64,000 nucleotides of DNA from an uncultured Eubacteriales bacterium (lineage in GTDB: Bacteria; Bacillota; Clostridia; Christensenellales; Borkfalkiaceae). The stretch is taken from assembly GCA_900540805.1 (NCBI GenBank), contig UQHL01000004.1, positions 101,323 to 165,322 of the forward strand, given 5' to 3'. The position numbers were made by a program, and so were the translations under genes. Shown piece by piece: positions 1 to 9,062 of the stretch. The first letter of the stretch is position 1. Each line of letters begins with the position of its first letter. The notes under the pieces were generated by a model. The model saw only the letters and a list, made by a program, of their open reading frames with translations. It did not search any database and was not told where the DNA came from.

Positions 1-222
1 AACGAGCACCGCGTCGATACTTTTGTCCTTCAGCAGCTCGCGGTAATCGGTATATACCTTATCCTCGGGTTTGCCGTAATCGGCGCGGGCTTTAACCGCC
101 CTTTCCTCGATCAGATCGCAGAACGCGACCATCTCCGCCGCGGGATTTCTCTTTTCCGCAGGCATGTGCTTGCCGTTGGCGATACCGCCGCAGCCGATAA
201 CGCCGATCCTTACTTTGTCCAT
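1..222 (-). CDS. Gfo/Idh/MocA family oxidoreductase, N-terminal part (gene runs off window start)
   Basis: rc translation from ATG (222..220) gives MDKVRIGVIGCGGIANGKHMPA..., a Rossmann GxGxxG N-terminus typical of the family. No stop codon before the window edge. Confidence 0.65.
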   Translation of the reverse strand, partial: MDKVRIGVIGCGGIANGKHMPAEKRNPAAEMVAFCDLIEERAVKARADYGKPEDKVYTDYRELLKDKSIDAVLV

Positions 223-274
223 GTTTCTTTTCTCCTTGTTTTTTATTGCCGCACGGGCCGAAACGCCGCGCCGT

Positions 275-1006
275 TCAGTTTCCCAGCTTCTTCATGTTTT
301 CAAAACTGCGGCTGAGATATTCCTGCTCGCCGCAGGGGAATTTCTCCACCTCTAAAACCGCCCATTCGATGCCTTGCCGCTTTGCCTCCGCGAATACGGC
401 GGGCATACCCACCGCGCCTTCGCCCACGACGGGCTGAGCCGCTTCCCGCGCGTTTTCCTTCGCCGCTTCCTTGATATGCACAAACGCGAGCTTTCCCTCG
501 AGTTCCTTCATTTTTCCGACGGCGTCCAGCCCCGCGACCGTCGCCCAAAATACGTCCAGCTCCGCTTTCAGGCCCGCGACGTCGTCCGTGATTTTTTTGA
601 GATAATCTTTTCCGTTTTCAAACTCGTGCGCGTGGTTATGATAGCCGAACCCCACGCCGCGCGCGTCGAGAAGCGCCTTTGCTTTTTTCGTTTCGGACAA
701 AAACTTTGCGTACTTTTCCGCCGACTCGAATTCCTCCGCTCCCGCCCAGGGAATAAATACGTATTTGATCCCCAAAGCGTCGATATAGGGAAGATTTTCT
801 TCCACCGCCTCGGGACGGATATGCGCCGAAATCCCGACAAGCTTGTATTTTTTCAACAGCTCTTTCATTTCTTCGGGCGTCCTGCCGTAAAAGCCTGCAA
901 ACTCCACGCCGTCGTAGCCCGCCTCGGATACCATCTGAAGTATCTTTTCCGCGCCCTCGCGCTCCGCCGTCTCCCTGAGGCTATATAATTGAACTCCGTA
1001 TTTCAT
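275..1006 (-). CDS. sugar phosphate isomerase/epimerase (xylose-isomerase-like TIM barrel)
   Basis: 243-aa ORF MKYGVQLYSLRE...GYDGVEF...HNHAHEFE. Characteristic TIM-barrel sugar isomerase motifs. Same strand as neighbours and tightly spaced. Confidence 0.75.
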   Translation of the reverse strand: MKYGVQLYSLRETAEREGAEKILQMVSEAGYDGVEFAGFYGRTPEEMKELLKKYKLVGISAHIRPEAVEENLPYIDALGIKYVFIPWAGAEEFESAEKYAKFLSETKKAKALLDARGVGFGYHNHAHEFENGKDYLKKITDDVAGLKAELDVFWATVAGLDAVGKMKELEGKLAFVHIKEAAKENAREAAQPVVGEGAVGMPAVFAEAKRQGIEWAVLEVEKFPCGEQEYLSRSFENMKKLGN

Positions 1007-1009
1007 GAT

Positions 1010-1981
1010 TTATGCCCACCACATATTTCCGTTGTTTTCGGTGATAATGCTCTCTTTCACCAGCCTGACCGCCTTTTCCAGCCCTTCCTTCGGGGACATC
1101 AGTCCGTCCTCGTGCTCGATCGAGATCGAATCGTCGTAGCCCGCCACCTTCAGCGCGGAGAAGATCTGTTTCCAAAGCCCGATATCGTGCCCGTAACCGA
1201 GGGTACGGAACGACCAGGCGCGGCCCGCCGCGTCGGTAAACGATTTGGTGTCCAAAACTCCGTTTTTGCGGATATTATGCTCGATGAGCTGGGTATCCTT
1301 CGCATGGAAATAATGAATGGCGTTCGCGGCGCCGAGGTCGCGTATGACCTCGAGAATGTCCATACCCTGCCAGAACAGGTGGGAAGGGTCGATGTTTGCG
1401 CCGACCATGTCGCCCGCCGCCGAACGCAGACGGAGCAAGGTTGCGGGATTATAGACGCAGAACCCGGGATGCAATTCGAGCGCGATCTTTTTCACGCCGT
1501 TGTCCGCCGCGAATTTCACCGCCTTTTTCCAATAGGGAATAAGCACCTCGTTCCACTGCCATTCCAGCACCCTCGGATAATCGGGCGGCCAGGCGCAGGT
1601 TACCCAGGAAGGTTCCTTGGCGTCGGGGTCCGACCCGGGACAGCCCGAAAAGGTGACCAGCCGATCGACGCCGAGCTGCCCAGCCAAAACGCACGCAGCC
1701 TCGAAATCGGCCTCGAATTTTTCCGCCGTAGCCTTGTCGGGGTGCACGCAGTTGCCGTGCACCGCAAGTGCGGAAATGCCCATATTGTAGCGTTTGAAGG
1801 TGTCCAACAATTCCTCGCGCGCCTTCTTGTCCTTGCTCAAGACAAGCGCGTCGGCATGCGCTTTTCCGGGATAGCCGCCCACCCCGAGTTCGAATTGATC
1901 CACGCCCAAAGACGAAAGATATTTCAGGCTTTCGTCCAGGGTGTAATCTCCGAGAATACCGCTTACTACGCTGATTTTCAT
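1010..1981 (-). CDS. sugar phosphate isomerase/epimerase family protein
   Basis: 323-aa ORF with xylose-isomerase-like TIM barrel features (VDQFELGVGGY..., IEHED...). Lies 4 nt after the upstream gene. Confidence 0.75.
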   Translation of the reverse strand: MKISVVSGILGDYTLDESLKYLSSLGVDQFELGVGGYPGKAHADALVLSKDKKAREELLDTFKRYNMGISALAVHGNCVHPDKATAEKFEADFEAACVLAGQLGVDRLVTFSGCPGSDPDAKEPSWVTCAWPPDYPRVLEWQWNEVLIPYWKKAVKFAADNGVKKIALELHPGFCVYNPATLLRLRSAAGDMVGANIDPSHLFWQGMDILEVIRDLGAANAIHYFHAKDTQLIEHNIRKNGVLDTKSFTDAAGRAWSFRTLGYGHDIGLWKQIFSALKVAGYDDSISIEHEDGLMSPKEGLEKAVRLVKESIITENNGNMWWA

Positions 1982-2001
1982 ACTTTAAGTACCCCTTTAT
2001 A

Positions 2002-3060
2002 TTAGATTTTTTCTTTAATGACGATATTTTCCGCCGCGGAACGCGCCGCCGCTTCCATAAGCTTATAGACGCGCACCACTTCTTCGCGTTTGATTGCTTT
2101 TTCCGCTTTGCCCGCACAGGCCGCCGCAAAATTTTTATAGAACGCGAACGGCTCCGCATGTACGAGCGGAAGAGGCTTTTCCTCCACCGAATCCCCCTCG
2201 CGCGGGGCCATGGTGCGGGTGAAGCCGTTTCCCGCCTTTATCCCCGCAGGCATGTCGCCCTCTTTCACCAAAACGCGGGTGATCCCGCCCGACAAATCCC
2301 AATCCGCCACGGTCGCCGTGCCTTTCGTGCCATAGACCTGCCAGCGGGGCAGGTTGCGGAAGCAGTCGGTCGCCACGACGATACGGTATTTGACGCCGTT
2401 TTCGAAATCGGCGGTGAGGCTGAACCCGTCGTCCACTTCCTCGCCGTAAATGTAGCTGTATTCGCAGTAAAGGCTCTTTACGGGCGATTTGATCATCAGA
2501 AGCATCTGATCGATCAGATGCACCCCCCAATCCAGCATCATGCCGCCGCCCCTTGCCCTTTCCTTGCGCCACGCGCCGGGAATGCCGTTGCCGCCCATGA
2601 CGCGGGATTCGATGAGATACGCCTCGCCCGCCAGCTCGTTATCTACGATGTTTTTGACGGTGAGATAATCGTCGTCCCAGCGGCGGTTTTGATGAACCTC
2701 GAAAACCACGCCCGCTTTTTCCGCCGCGTCGTACATTTCCTCCGCTTCTTTGACGCTCATGCCGATCGGCTTTTCGCAAATAATGTGTTTGCCCGCTTTG
2801 GCGGCCGCCTCCACGTACGCCGCGTGCACGTCGTTGGGCGTTGCGATCAGCACCGCGTCCACCGCTTTGTCCGCCCAGATCTCTTCGGGGCTTTTATAGG
2901 CCTTGTACCCCGCTTTTTCCCCGGCTGCGGCGCGTTCCGGGTCGATATCGTAAACCCCGACAACCTCGACGGGGGCCTCGGGAGCGCTTTCGGAATAGCT
3001 CTTCAAACACCCTGCATGATATCCGCCCATGCCGCCGTAACCGATAATGACAATCTTCAT
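2002..3060 (-). CDS. Gfo/Idh/MocA family oxidoreductase
   Basis: MKIVIIGYGGMGGYHAG... Rossmann N-terminus. C-terminal GFO_IDH_MocA_C-like region. RBS precedes the ATG at 3060. Confidence 0.85.
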   Translation of the reverse strand: MKIVIIGYGGMGGYHAGCLKSYSESAPEAPVEVVGVYDIDPERAAAGEKAGYKAYKSPEEIWADKAVDAVLIATPNDVHAAYVEAAAKAGKHIICEKPIGMSVKEAEEMYDAAEKAGVVFEVHQNRRWDDDYLTVKNIVDNELAGEAYLIESRVMGGNGIPGAWRKERARGGGMMLDWGVHLIDQMLLMIKSPVKSLYCEYSYIYGEEVDDGFSLTADFENGVKYRIVVATDCFRNLPRWQVYGTKGTATVADWDLSGGITRVLVKEGDMPAGIKAGNGFTRTMAPREGDSVEEKPLPLVHAEPFAFYKNFAAACAGKAEKAIKREEVVRVYKLMEAAARSAAENIVIKEKI

Positions 3061-3082
3061 AATGAAAATCTCCGTACATATA

Positions 3083-3116
3083 TTGACATTTTTGTCTTAT
3101 AGTGATATAATATCAC
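3083..3116 (+). promoter_or_regulatory. sigma-A-type promoter (TTGACA-17-TATAAT) overlapped by perfect 9-bp inverted repeat TAGTGATAT/ATATCACTA
   Basis: -35 at 3083-3088 and -10 at 3106-3111. The palindrome 3098-3116 spans the -10, i.e. a candidate operator. Divergent region between the oxidoreductase operon and the AraC gene. Confidence 0.5.
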
Positions 3117-3173
3117 TAAATATTGCGGATTTCCACTCAATTTTTCAGAAACATCTACCGAATATTGACATCT

Positions 3174-3968
3174 ATGAAAAAAGACATCTTTTACGAAGCA
3201 TTTCACGACAAAACGGATAAAGTAGAATTTTTCCAAAGCGCGCACGACGACACCTTCGTGCATTTTCACCGTTGCATCGAACTGATCTACGTCACCGACG
3301 GAGCGATCGACTGCGAAGTGGGCGAGGAAAAATTCCGCGCAAAAAAAGACGAGCTGATCTTTGCCAGAAAATGCGCCCCGCACGCCCTCGCAGCCGCGCC
3401 CGATTTCGTCAACTACGTGTTGATTATCGGCCAGAGGTATTCCGACGACTTTCTGGGCATCTTCCAGACGGAAACCCTGCCCGCGCACCTCGACGACGCA
3501 GAGTTCAACCGCAGCTTGCTCCCCCATTTCGAGGCGCTCAATCATTTGCGCGACACCGATTCGGAGCTGGTTAAAAAGGGCTATATCAATATCATTATCG
3601 GCAGCCTTCTGGCGCATTACAAGCGTATTCCCGTCCCTGCCACGCCGCAGATGGGCGTCGTTTTGGGCGCGCTGAATTATATTGACGAGCATTTTGCCGA
3701 GCCTATTTCCCTCGACTCAATTTCGTCGGTATTCGGCTACAACAAATATTACTTTTCCAGGCTGTTCAATACGTATATCGGGGAAAACCTGAATAATTAT
3801 ATCAATACGGTACGGATCAGAAATCTTGTCTCCGCCGCAAAAAAGACGGATAACCCCAACCTTTCGGAGTTGGTGTTTGGAAGCGGATTCGATTCGATGA
3901 CCACCTTTTACCGCAGCTTTTCAAGACTGTACGACCGACCGCCCACAGAGGTGTTTAAGAAGGACTAA
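3174..3968 (+). CDS. AraC family transcriptional regulator (cupin-like N-terminus + C-terminal HTH)
   Basis: C-terminal ...YYFSRLFNTYIGENLNNYINTVRIRN... AraC HTH signature. ATG at 3174 chosen because the track start at 3123 is a TTG. Exact start uncertain (no clear SD). Confidence 0.8.
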   Translation: MKKDIFYEAFHDKTDKVEFFQSAHDDTFVHFHRCIELIYVTDGAIDCEVGEEKFRAKKDELIFARKCAPHALAAAPDFVNYVLIIGQRYSDDFLGIFQTETLPAHLDDAEFNRSLLPHFEALNHLRDTDSELVKKGYINIIIGSLLAHYKRIPVPATPQMGVVLGALNYIDEHFAEPISLDSISSVFGYNKYYFSRLFNTYIGENLNNYINTVRIRNLVSAAKKTDNPNLSELVFGSGFDSMTTFYRSFSRLYDRPPTEVFKKD

Positions 3969-4085
3969 AATGAAACCGATGTGCGAGATTATGTCGGCGT
4001 TAAGGGATTTATGAAGGACTAAAATGAAACCGATGGCGAGATTATGTCGGCAGTAAGGGATTTATGAAGGATTAAAATCGAATGC
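3953..4085. repeat. tandem duplication (~55 bp x 2.4) of the 3' end of the AraC gene
   Basis: Unit aaggactaaaatgaaaccgatg(t)gcgagattatgtcggc(g/a)gtaagggatttatg is repeated head-to-tail starting inside the last codons of the AraC CDS. Confidence 0.6.
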
Positions 4086-4118
4086 CCCCCGAAGCAAAAA
4101 ACGCTTCGGGGGGCAATT
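4083..4118. terminator. rho-independent terminator (bidirectional)
   Basis: Perfect hairpin ccccccgaagc-aaaaaac-gcttcgggggg followed by a T-run. A-run on the other side. Confidence 0.7.
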
Positions 4119-4191
4119 TTAATGGAGAGGATAAGTGAAATAAAACGGCGGATCAGCCCGCGAAAACTATGCGCCCGCGCAACGGAAACCG

Positions 4192-5148
4192 TCAGCCCGC
4201 GACGACGGGAGCTGCCGTTTTCATACGGTTCATGTACTTCAGCCGTTCTTCGATGTCCGTCGCCAGACGAGATACCTCCTCGCCCGATACAAGCTCGGGA
4301 TTTTCCTCAGCAATGGCCTGTTTGTAGATTTCGAGGAAGCGCAGCGCACTGTGCCACGCGCCCGCCATTGCTTCCGAACGCCGAAGCGAGCCGAATATGT
4401 AACCGCATTGCGTCGCAAGTATGCAGAAAAAGTTAGTATATTTTATCGTGAACGCGTCCCACTTTTTCAGATCCTCAAGAGTCCAGGGTCTGTCGAGGAA
4501 CATGCGATAGAAAGACGCATACTGCGCGTAGTTTCTGTCGAAGAAAGATTCCTTCAGCTTGTTGAGGACGTCCGACTTACGGGAAAGAGAAACGTTTTCG
4601 ACGGGTTCCACCATGACGGCCGTCACCGCGTCGTTTTCGTGGCGCGCGCAATACCCATCGAAGGCGGCTTTGACTGTGGAGAAAGGCAGAGCCATTTCTT
4701 CAAAATTGAAAAGCGTGGTGCCCGTATCGCCGCTGAGATACACAATCTCCTTTTGGGGATCTACGCCGTAAATGAGCACGAAGTTGTCGGAATGCTTTTT
4801 ATTGAACTGTTTTCTGCGGAAAGGCAGATAAAACGCGTCCTGCCCGATAATCAAAGGAAACTCCGAACGGATACAGGTGGTAATACGCTTCCACAAATCG
4901 TCGGGACGCAGACTTCTGGGGCGCGCGCCCGTCAGCGCACGAAATTCTCCGTCGGTGAGAATCTCATGCTCGGAATAGACAATGTCTTTTCCAAGCTCAT
5001 AAGGCTCGACGTCTATAATGTAATTGCAAACGACATATTCCGCGGGAACGCCAAAAAAGCTGTACGCCGCGAGTAAGTGATGATAAAATTCATCTCTGAA
5101 CCAGCAAGTGTGATATTGACGAATGTTTTTTAATACTTTTTTCTGCAT
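4192..5148 (-). CDS. hypothetical protein, possibly BtrH_N/DUF4872-like (C39-fold) protein
   Basis: 318-aa ORF with an N-terminal Cys-containing segment (QYHTCW). The family guess is from recollection of BtrH_N/DUF4872 architecture, not from a search. 50 nt downstream of the anti-sigma-like gene. Confidence 0.55.
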   Translation of the reverse strand: MQKKVLKNIRQYHTCWFRDEFYHHLLAAYSFFGVPAEYVVCNYIIDVEPYELGKDIVYSEHEILTDGEFRALTGARPRSLRPDDLWKRITTCIRSEFPLIIGQDAFYLPFRRKQFNKKHSDNFVLIYGVDPQKEIVYLSGDTGTTLFNFEEMALPFSTVKAAFDGYCARHENDAVTAVMVEPVENVSLSRKSDVLNKLKESFFDRNYAQYASFYRMFLDRPWTLEDLKKWDAFTIKYTNFFCILATQCGYIFGSLRRSEAMAGAWHSALRFLEIYKQAIAEENPELVSGEEVSRLATDIEERLKYMNRMKTAAPVVAG

Positions 5149-5197
5149 AGTTTTCTCTTTGAGGTTTCCCCCATTTTTCCTTTCGTTTTATTTCTCT

Positions 5198-5884
5198 TTA
5201 ATTTTGTTGTGAGATCAACATGTTTACATATTTTTCGATTTTGCCCGTAGCGTCTTCCGTTTTTATCTCTAAATAATACGGAAAACCTTCATAGACAAAT
5301 TTTGCTTTTACCCTTTTTTCTTCTTGTTGAATAGAGTATTGAATAGCGATATCCGATACCGACATAGTCTCTGACAATGTTTCGTAAGGATCAAATGTTT
5401 CAAATCTGTCGTTTGGTTTCAACGATACCATTAAATTGACTGTATCCCAAGTATCGAAGCAGAACATACTCTGATAAATAATTGCCAATTCGTCTGTATC
5501 CTTTATTTTCCAAATTTGAGAGGTTACGGTTTCGTCATTATAATATTTTATCTGTAAATGGTTGGCTTCCACTACTTCGATAATATCGGCGTTTTCTTTG
5601 ATTATACTTCCATCATCGAAATACCTTTCTTCAGTGGAACTCGACGAACTATCGGGCGGAGTAATCGGACCGTTGCCGAGAGAACGAAAAGCAGGAATCA
5701 TAATCAACAACAAGCAACACGCGGCCAAGCTGCCCGCCACCGTTTGCCAGACGTGCACGTTGCGGCGGTGTGTCCTGCGCTCCTGCCGCATTGCGCTTTC
5801 GGCCTTTTTAATCAAATCGGGATTGACCTCATAATCCTGCGGGATTTCCGTTAGCTGTTCCCATTTATCCTTTTTTTCGTTCAT
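5198..5884 (-). CDS. anti-sigma-factor-like membrane protein (cytoplasmic N-terminus, single TM, extracytoplasmic domain)
   Basis: N-terminal charged segment, then hydrophobic AGSLAACCLLLIMIPAF, then a ~150-aa external domain. Follows the sigma factor and peptidase genes on the same strand. Confidence 0.5.
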   Translation of the reverse strand: MNEKKDKWEQLTEIPQDYEVNPDLIKKAESAMRQERRTHRRNVHVWQTVAGSLAACCLLLIMIPAFRSLGNGPITPPDSSSSSTEERYFDDGSIIKENADIIEVVEANHLQIKYYNDETVTSQIWKIKDTDELAIIYQSMFCFDTWDTVNLMVSLKPNDRFETFDPYETLSETMSVSDIAIQYSIQQEEKRVKAKFVYEGFPYYLEIKTEDATGKIEKYVNMLISQQN

Positions 5885-5915
5885 AGTACCTCCTCACTAT
5901 CTGAGAATTTTTTTG

Positions 5916-6830
5916 TTAAGCTATGGTCATCACCAAAGCATTGTTTATCTGCGAATAATCGTTCAACTGCATATATCCAGTCTCAGCGGCACCATATCCA
6001 CTGCATGTATAAAGGAAGGTATCCGTCTGGAAATTGACGCCGTCTTTATAATAGGCGATTGTTTTATAACCGTACACCATCATCATGTGGCCTGCGTCTC
6101 CGTTTTCTTTCGATACCCGTGTATAACCGTCATAATGCATAAGAGCATATACAAAATTGTATTTACTGCACATAACAAGGCCCACTTTGCCCGCATTGAT
6201 CGCGGTTTTCAATTTCGGCAGATCCACCATAGTAGCATTTTGATGAAAGGAGGTATAGGAAAGGCTGTAGCCCGCATTGGTGACGTATGTAGTTAACCCG
6301 CTCATAAATTCCGTTTCGGAAGTGCCGCCGCCGTTTACGTTGGTTTGCATTAAATTATACAAGCTTGCTATGGTGTTTTTTACAGGTTCGCGCGACATAT
6401 CGGGGTAGTACCTATAATTTCCCGATACCATTGCCCCAGGGGTATAATCGGGAATTAAATTGGGAGACCAGCGATCGTAATAGCCGACAATGTTCGTTCC
6501 CGCAACAGGCGCGCAAGTATTTGTCATACTGCTATCTCCGTTTCCGAAGGAAGGAACGCTGTAAAGAGAAACGTCCTCGACAATCGTTTTATAATCGTAA
6601 TAGACATCGTAGCTTGCCCCTACGATACCGCCCTGCCCGTCGTACGAAGGCTCGTCCCCCTCGTCCAGATACCGAGCTTCCCCTTCCGCGCAATAACGCG
6701 CTTCGGGCACGGGAGCCTCCGCTTTTGCCGCGGTCACCGAAAGGGAACCGAAGTTAATGAGCGCGAGAACGCCGCACAGTACAGGAACCGTAATTTTAGT
6801 AAAAAAGTTAACCTTATGTGCATTTTCCAT
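5916..6830 (-). CDS. secreted papain-like cysteine peptidase, C39-like (Peptidase_C39_2-type)
   Basis: Signal peptide (VPVLCGVLALINFGSLSVTAAKA). NTCAPVAGTNIVGYY (Cys motif) and GHMMMVYGY (His motif) resemble the catalytic dyad context of C39-like domains. Confidence 0.5.
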   Translation of the reverse strand: MENAHKVNFFTKITVPVLCGVLALINFGSLSVTAAKAEAPVPEARYCAEGEARYLDEGDEPSYDGQGGIVGASYDVYYDYKTIVEDVSLYSVPSFGNGDSSMTNTCAPVAGTNIVGYYDRWSPNLIPDYTPGAMVSGNYRYYPDMSREPVKNTIASLYNLMQTNVNGGGTSETEFMSGLTTYVTNAGYSLSYTSFHQNATMVDLPKLKTAINAGKVGLVMCSKYNFVYALMHYDGYTRVSKENGDAGHMMMVYGYKTIAYYKDGVNFQTDTFLYTCSGYGAAETGYMQLNDYSQINNALVMTIA

Positions 6831-6902
6831 AGAAATGCAACCTCCTTTGTAAATGCTTACATATATATAACATTTGAAAACGCCATTCGTACGAAATTTT
6901 TT

Positions 6903-7448
6903 TTATTTTATTCCTAAAATTTTTCTTCCACGGCGTTCGACCCTCTCGATTTGGCTTTGAATAGTACTTTTCGGCTTATTGTAAAGCAGAGCAATCTCGC
7001 CAAACGAATTATCAAACCACCAATGCAACATTACCAGATCTCTGTCGTAATCGTTGAGATGTTCAAATACTTTTCTTGTCAAAAGATAGTTTTCGATATA
7101 TTCTTCGCTCCCGCGCGAACTGTACATGCCCCTCCTTTCCAAACGGGCGTCTTCCATGCTCACTTCCCGCTTCTGTTTCTTCAATTTGGTAAAGATAATG
7201 CTTTTCAAAATACGAATAATCCAAGCGGAAGGATTTTCGTCCCGCTTATACGTATGTATCTCCAATACAATCCTTAAATAAGTATCTTCTAAAATGTCTT
7301 CCCGATCGGCTTCCTGCAAAAAGAAACCGCTTATTACCTTGCTCAGTCGGGACTCCAGCAGTAGCTGTATTCCGCCCAAAGCCTTCGCGTGTCCCTTTTT
7401 AATTTCCCCTAACAGCCTGCTTAACTGTTTGTTTATACTTTCTTCCAT
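6903..7448 (-). CDS. RNA polymerase sigma-70 family (ECF-type) sigma factor
   Basis: 181-aa ORF with region-2-like DILEDTYLRIV and a region-4 HTH (GEIALLYNKPKSTIQSQIERVERRGRKIL). Confidence 0.8.
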   Translation of the reverse strand: MEESINKQLSRLLGEIKKGHAKALGGIQLLLESRLSKVISGFFLQEADREDILEDTYLRIVLEIHTYKRDENPSAWIIRILKSIIFTKLKKQKREVSMEDARLERRGMYSSRGSEEYIENYLLTRKVFEHLNDYDRDLVMLHWWFDNSFGEIALLYNKPKSTIQSQIERVERRGRKILGIK

Positions 7449-7954
7449 TTTTTCGCCTTTGTATTCCTTATCCCAATATATTTTATTTCACGGCGTTTGC
7501 CGAGTCAAAATTTACATAATTTTATTAAGCATTAAAAATTATATCTATATCTTCCTTTTCCACTAAAAAATAGACTGTTTTTTTCGATTTTTCGAAGTGT
7601 CGGAATATTTCTACCTGCAATATTATTTTATCTGTTTTATATTATAACATATTCTTCACACAAGTCAACGCAATTTGACTTTCATTCGTTATTTTTTTCC
7701 AAATTTTTCCATTTATTCTTAAACCGAGTTCCCGATTTGCAGCGATGGAAGCAAAAAACAAAAAAATCGCCGCATATGCGACGATTTTCTATCTTGGGCT
7801 ATTTATACTTTTATTCTGCAAGTAATCCGTTCGCCTTTTCGCAGGTTTCGTACCTTGCGTCATATTTCCGTTCGGTCACGGGGTCGAGTTTCGCAGTTAT
7901 GGCCACCGTATAGCGCTGCGGCATTTACAAATTGTTAATTTTAAGCTTTTCGAT

Positions 7955-7995
7955 AAAAAAGAAGGGCTCCCTTTTAAGGAAGTCCTTCTTTTTGA
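7955..7995. terminator. hairpin + T-run, likely terminator of the DUF378 gene
   Basis: aaaagaagggctccctttt-aaggaagtccttcttttt, an imperfect stem flanked by A/T runs. Confidence 0.45.
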
Positions 7996-8008
7996 CGCCC
8001 GCGGCAAT

Positions 8009-8242
8009 TTAGTCGCCGTCAGAGCCTCTGTGTCCCATAAATAAGTTTCCGCGCGTTAAGAACGGGGAAATGATCAGCCAAATGGCCGCCGCCGTAATCA
8101 ACGTGTAGATGATGATGGAACCGATGCTCCGCGCGCCCGCAAAAATAGCGGAAACGAGGTTGAAATTGAAAATCCCGAAAAGACCCCAATTCACCGCGCC
8201 CAGCAAAACCAATATATAAGATAAAATATTGATAAAACGCAT
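8009..8242 (-). CDS. DUF378 family small membrane protein
   Basis: 77-aa ORF ...LVLLGAVNWGLFGIFNFNLVSAIFAG..., the characteristic DUF378 motif. AGGAGG RBS 6 nt upstream. Confidence 0.8.
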   Translation of the reverse strand: MRFINILSYILVLLGAVNWGLFGIFNFNLVSAIFAGARSIGSIIIYTLITAAAIWLIISPFLTRGNLFMGHRGSDGD

Positions 8243-8341
8243 GTTCTTTCCTCCTATTGACAGTATGGCTTCCCCTTCAAAAAATTATACATAAAAAATA
8301 TCCCCGCGGCCACATGCCGCGGGGATAAGCCGAATTTGGGA

Positions 8342-8863
8342 TTATTTCTTATACGCAGCCAGCGCAGGCAGGCCGGAAAGAAATCCGCCGATCACCATGA
8401 GAATGGGGCCGACCGACCAGCCGAATTTTCCGTCCGCAAGGTTGACGCCCGCAATCGAGAAAGAGAAGCCCGCGTTTTTGGAGCAGAACATGCACACGAA
8501 AACGATCAAAAGAATGGTGGAAAGGATCGTCAGAAGCCCCGCAAGCGCCGCCACCGGCTTTATGAGCTTCATGTTCAAAAATTTAGCCAGCGCAACCGAA
8601 GCAAATGACACAAGCGCCAGGATCATTGTGATATAGGCAAACGCATTCATTGCCCCGAACATCTTAAATCCGTTATCGCCCAAATTAGAATTGGTTTCCG
8701 CAAGGTCTTTCAGCGTGTATTGATACTCTTTATTAAGTAAAACCGATTCTACGCTGTATTTCGTCCAGTTGAGGAACAATCCCGTGATCGTCAACACCGC
8801 ACCCACAAGTGCAATCGCCGTTAAAATAATCGCACCTAAAGAAATCGACTTCTTTTTTGCCAT
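8342..8863 (-). CDS. hypothetical polytopic membrane protein
   Basis: 173 aa with 4-5 predicted TM helices. AGGAGG 4 nt upstream of the ATG. Confidence 0.7.
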   Translation of the reverse strand: MAKKKSISLGAIILTAIALVGAVLTITGLFLNWTKYSVESVLLNKEYQYTLKDLAETNSNLGDNGFKMFGAMNAFAYITMILALVSFASVALAKFLNMKLIKPVAALAGLLTILSTILLIVFVCMFCSKNAGFSFSIAGVNLADGKFGWSVGPILMVIGGFLSGLPALAAYKK

Positions 8864-8970
8864 ACATCCTCCTACGGAAAAAGTAATTTTTACAGCGCTC
8901 TGCGCCGCGTTTTTTCCGTTTCTGTCCTCTTTATTATACGATATACCTCGTATTTTGTCAACGGTTTACG

Positions 8971-9012
8971 CAAAAAAAGTCAGGTGTTTTTGTTACTAAA
9001 CAAAAACACCTG
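8971..9012 (-). terminator. rho-independent terminator of the alpha/beta hydrolase gene
   Basis: 12-bp perfect stem caggtgtttttg/caaaaacacctg followed (minus strand) by a U-run. Confidence 0.6.
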
Positions 9013-9062
9013 CAAAGGAGTTGGAAAAAATATATCGCGCTATAAAACAGGCAAACGAAAGT

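Noticed and set aside
2158-3102. 314-aa plus-strand ORF antisense to the Gfo/Idh/MocA gene
   Set aside because: Antisense high-GC artefact. The minus-strand gene has a canonical Rossmann start and RBS.
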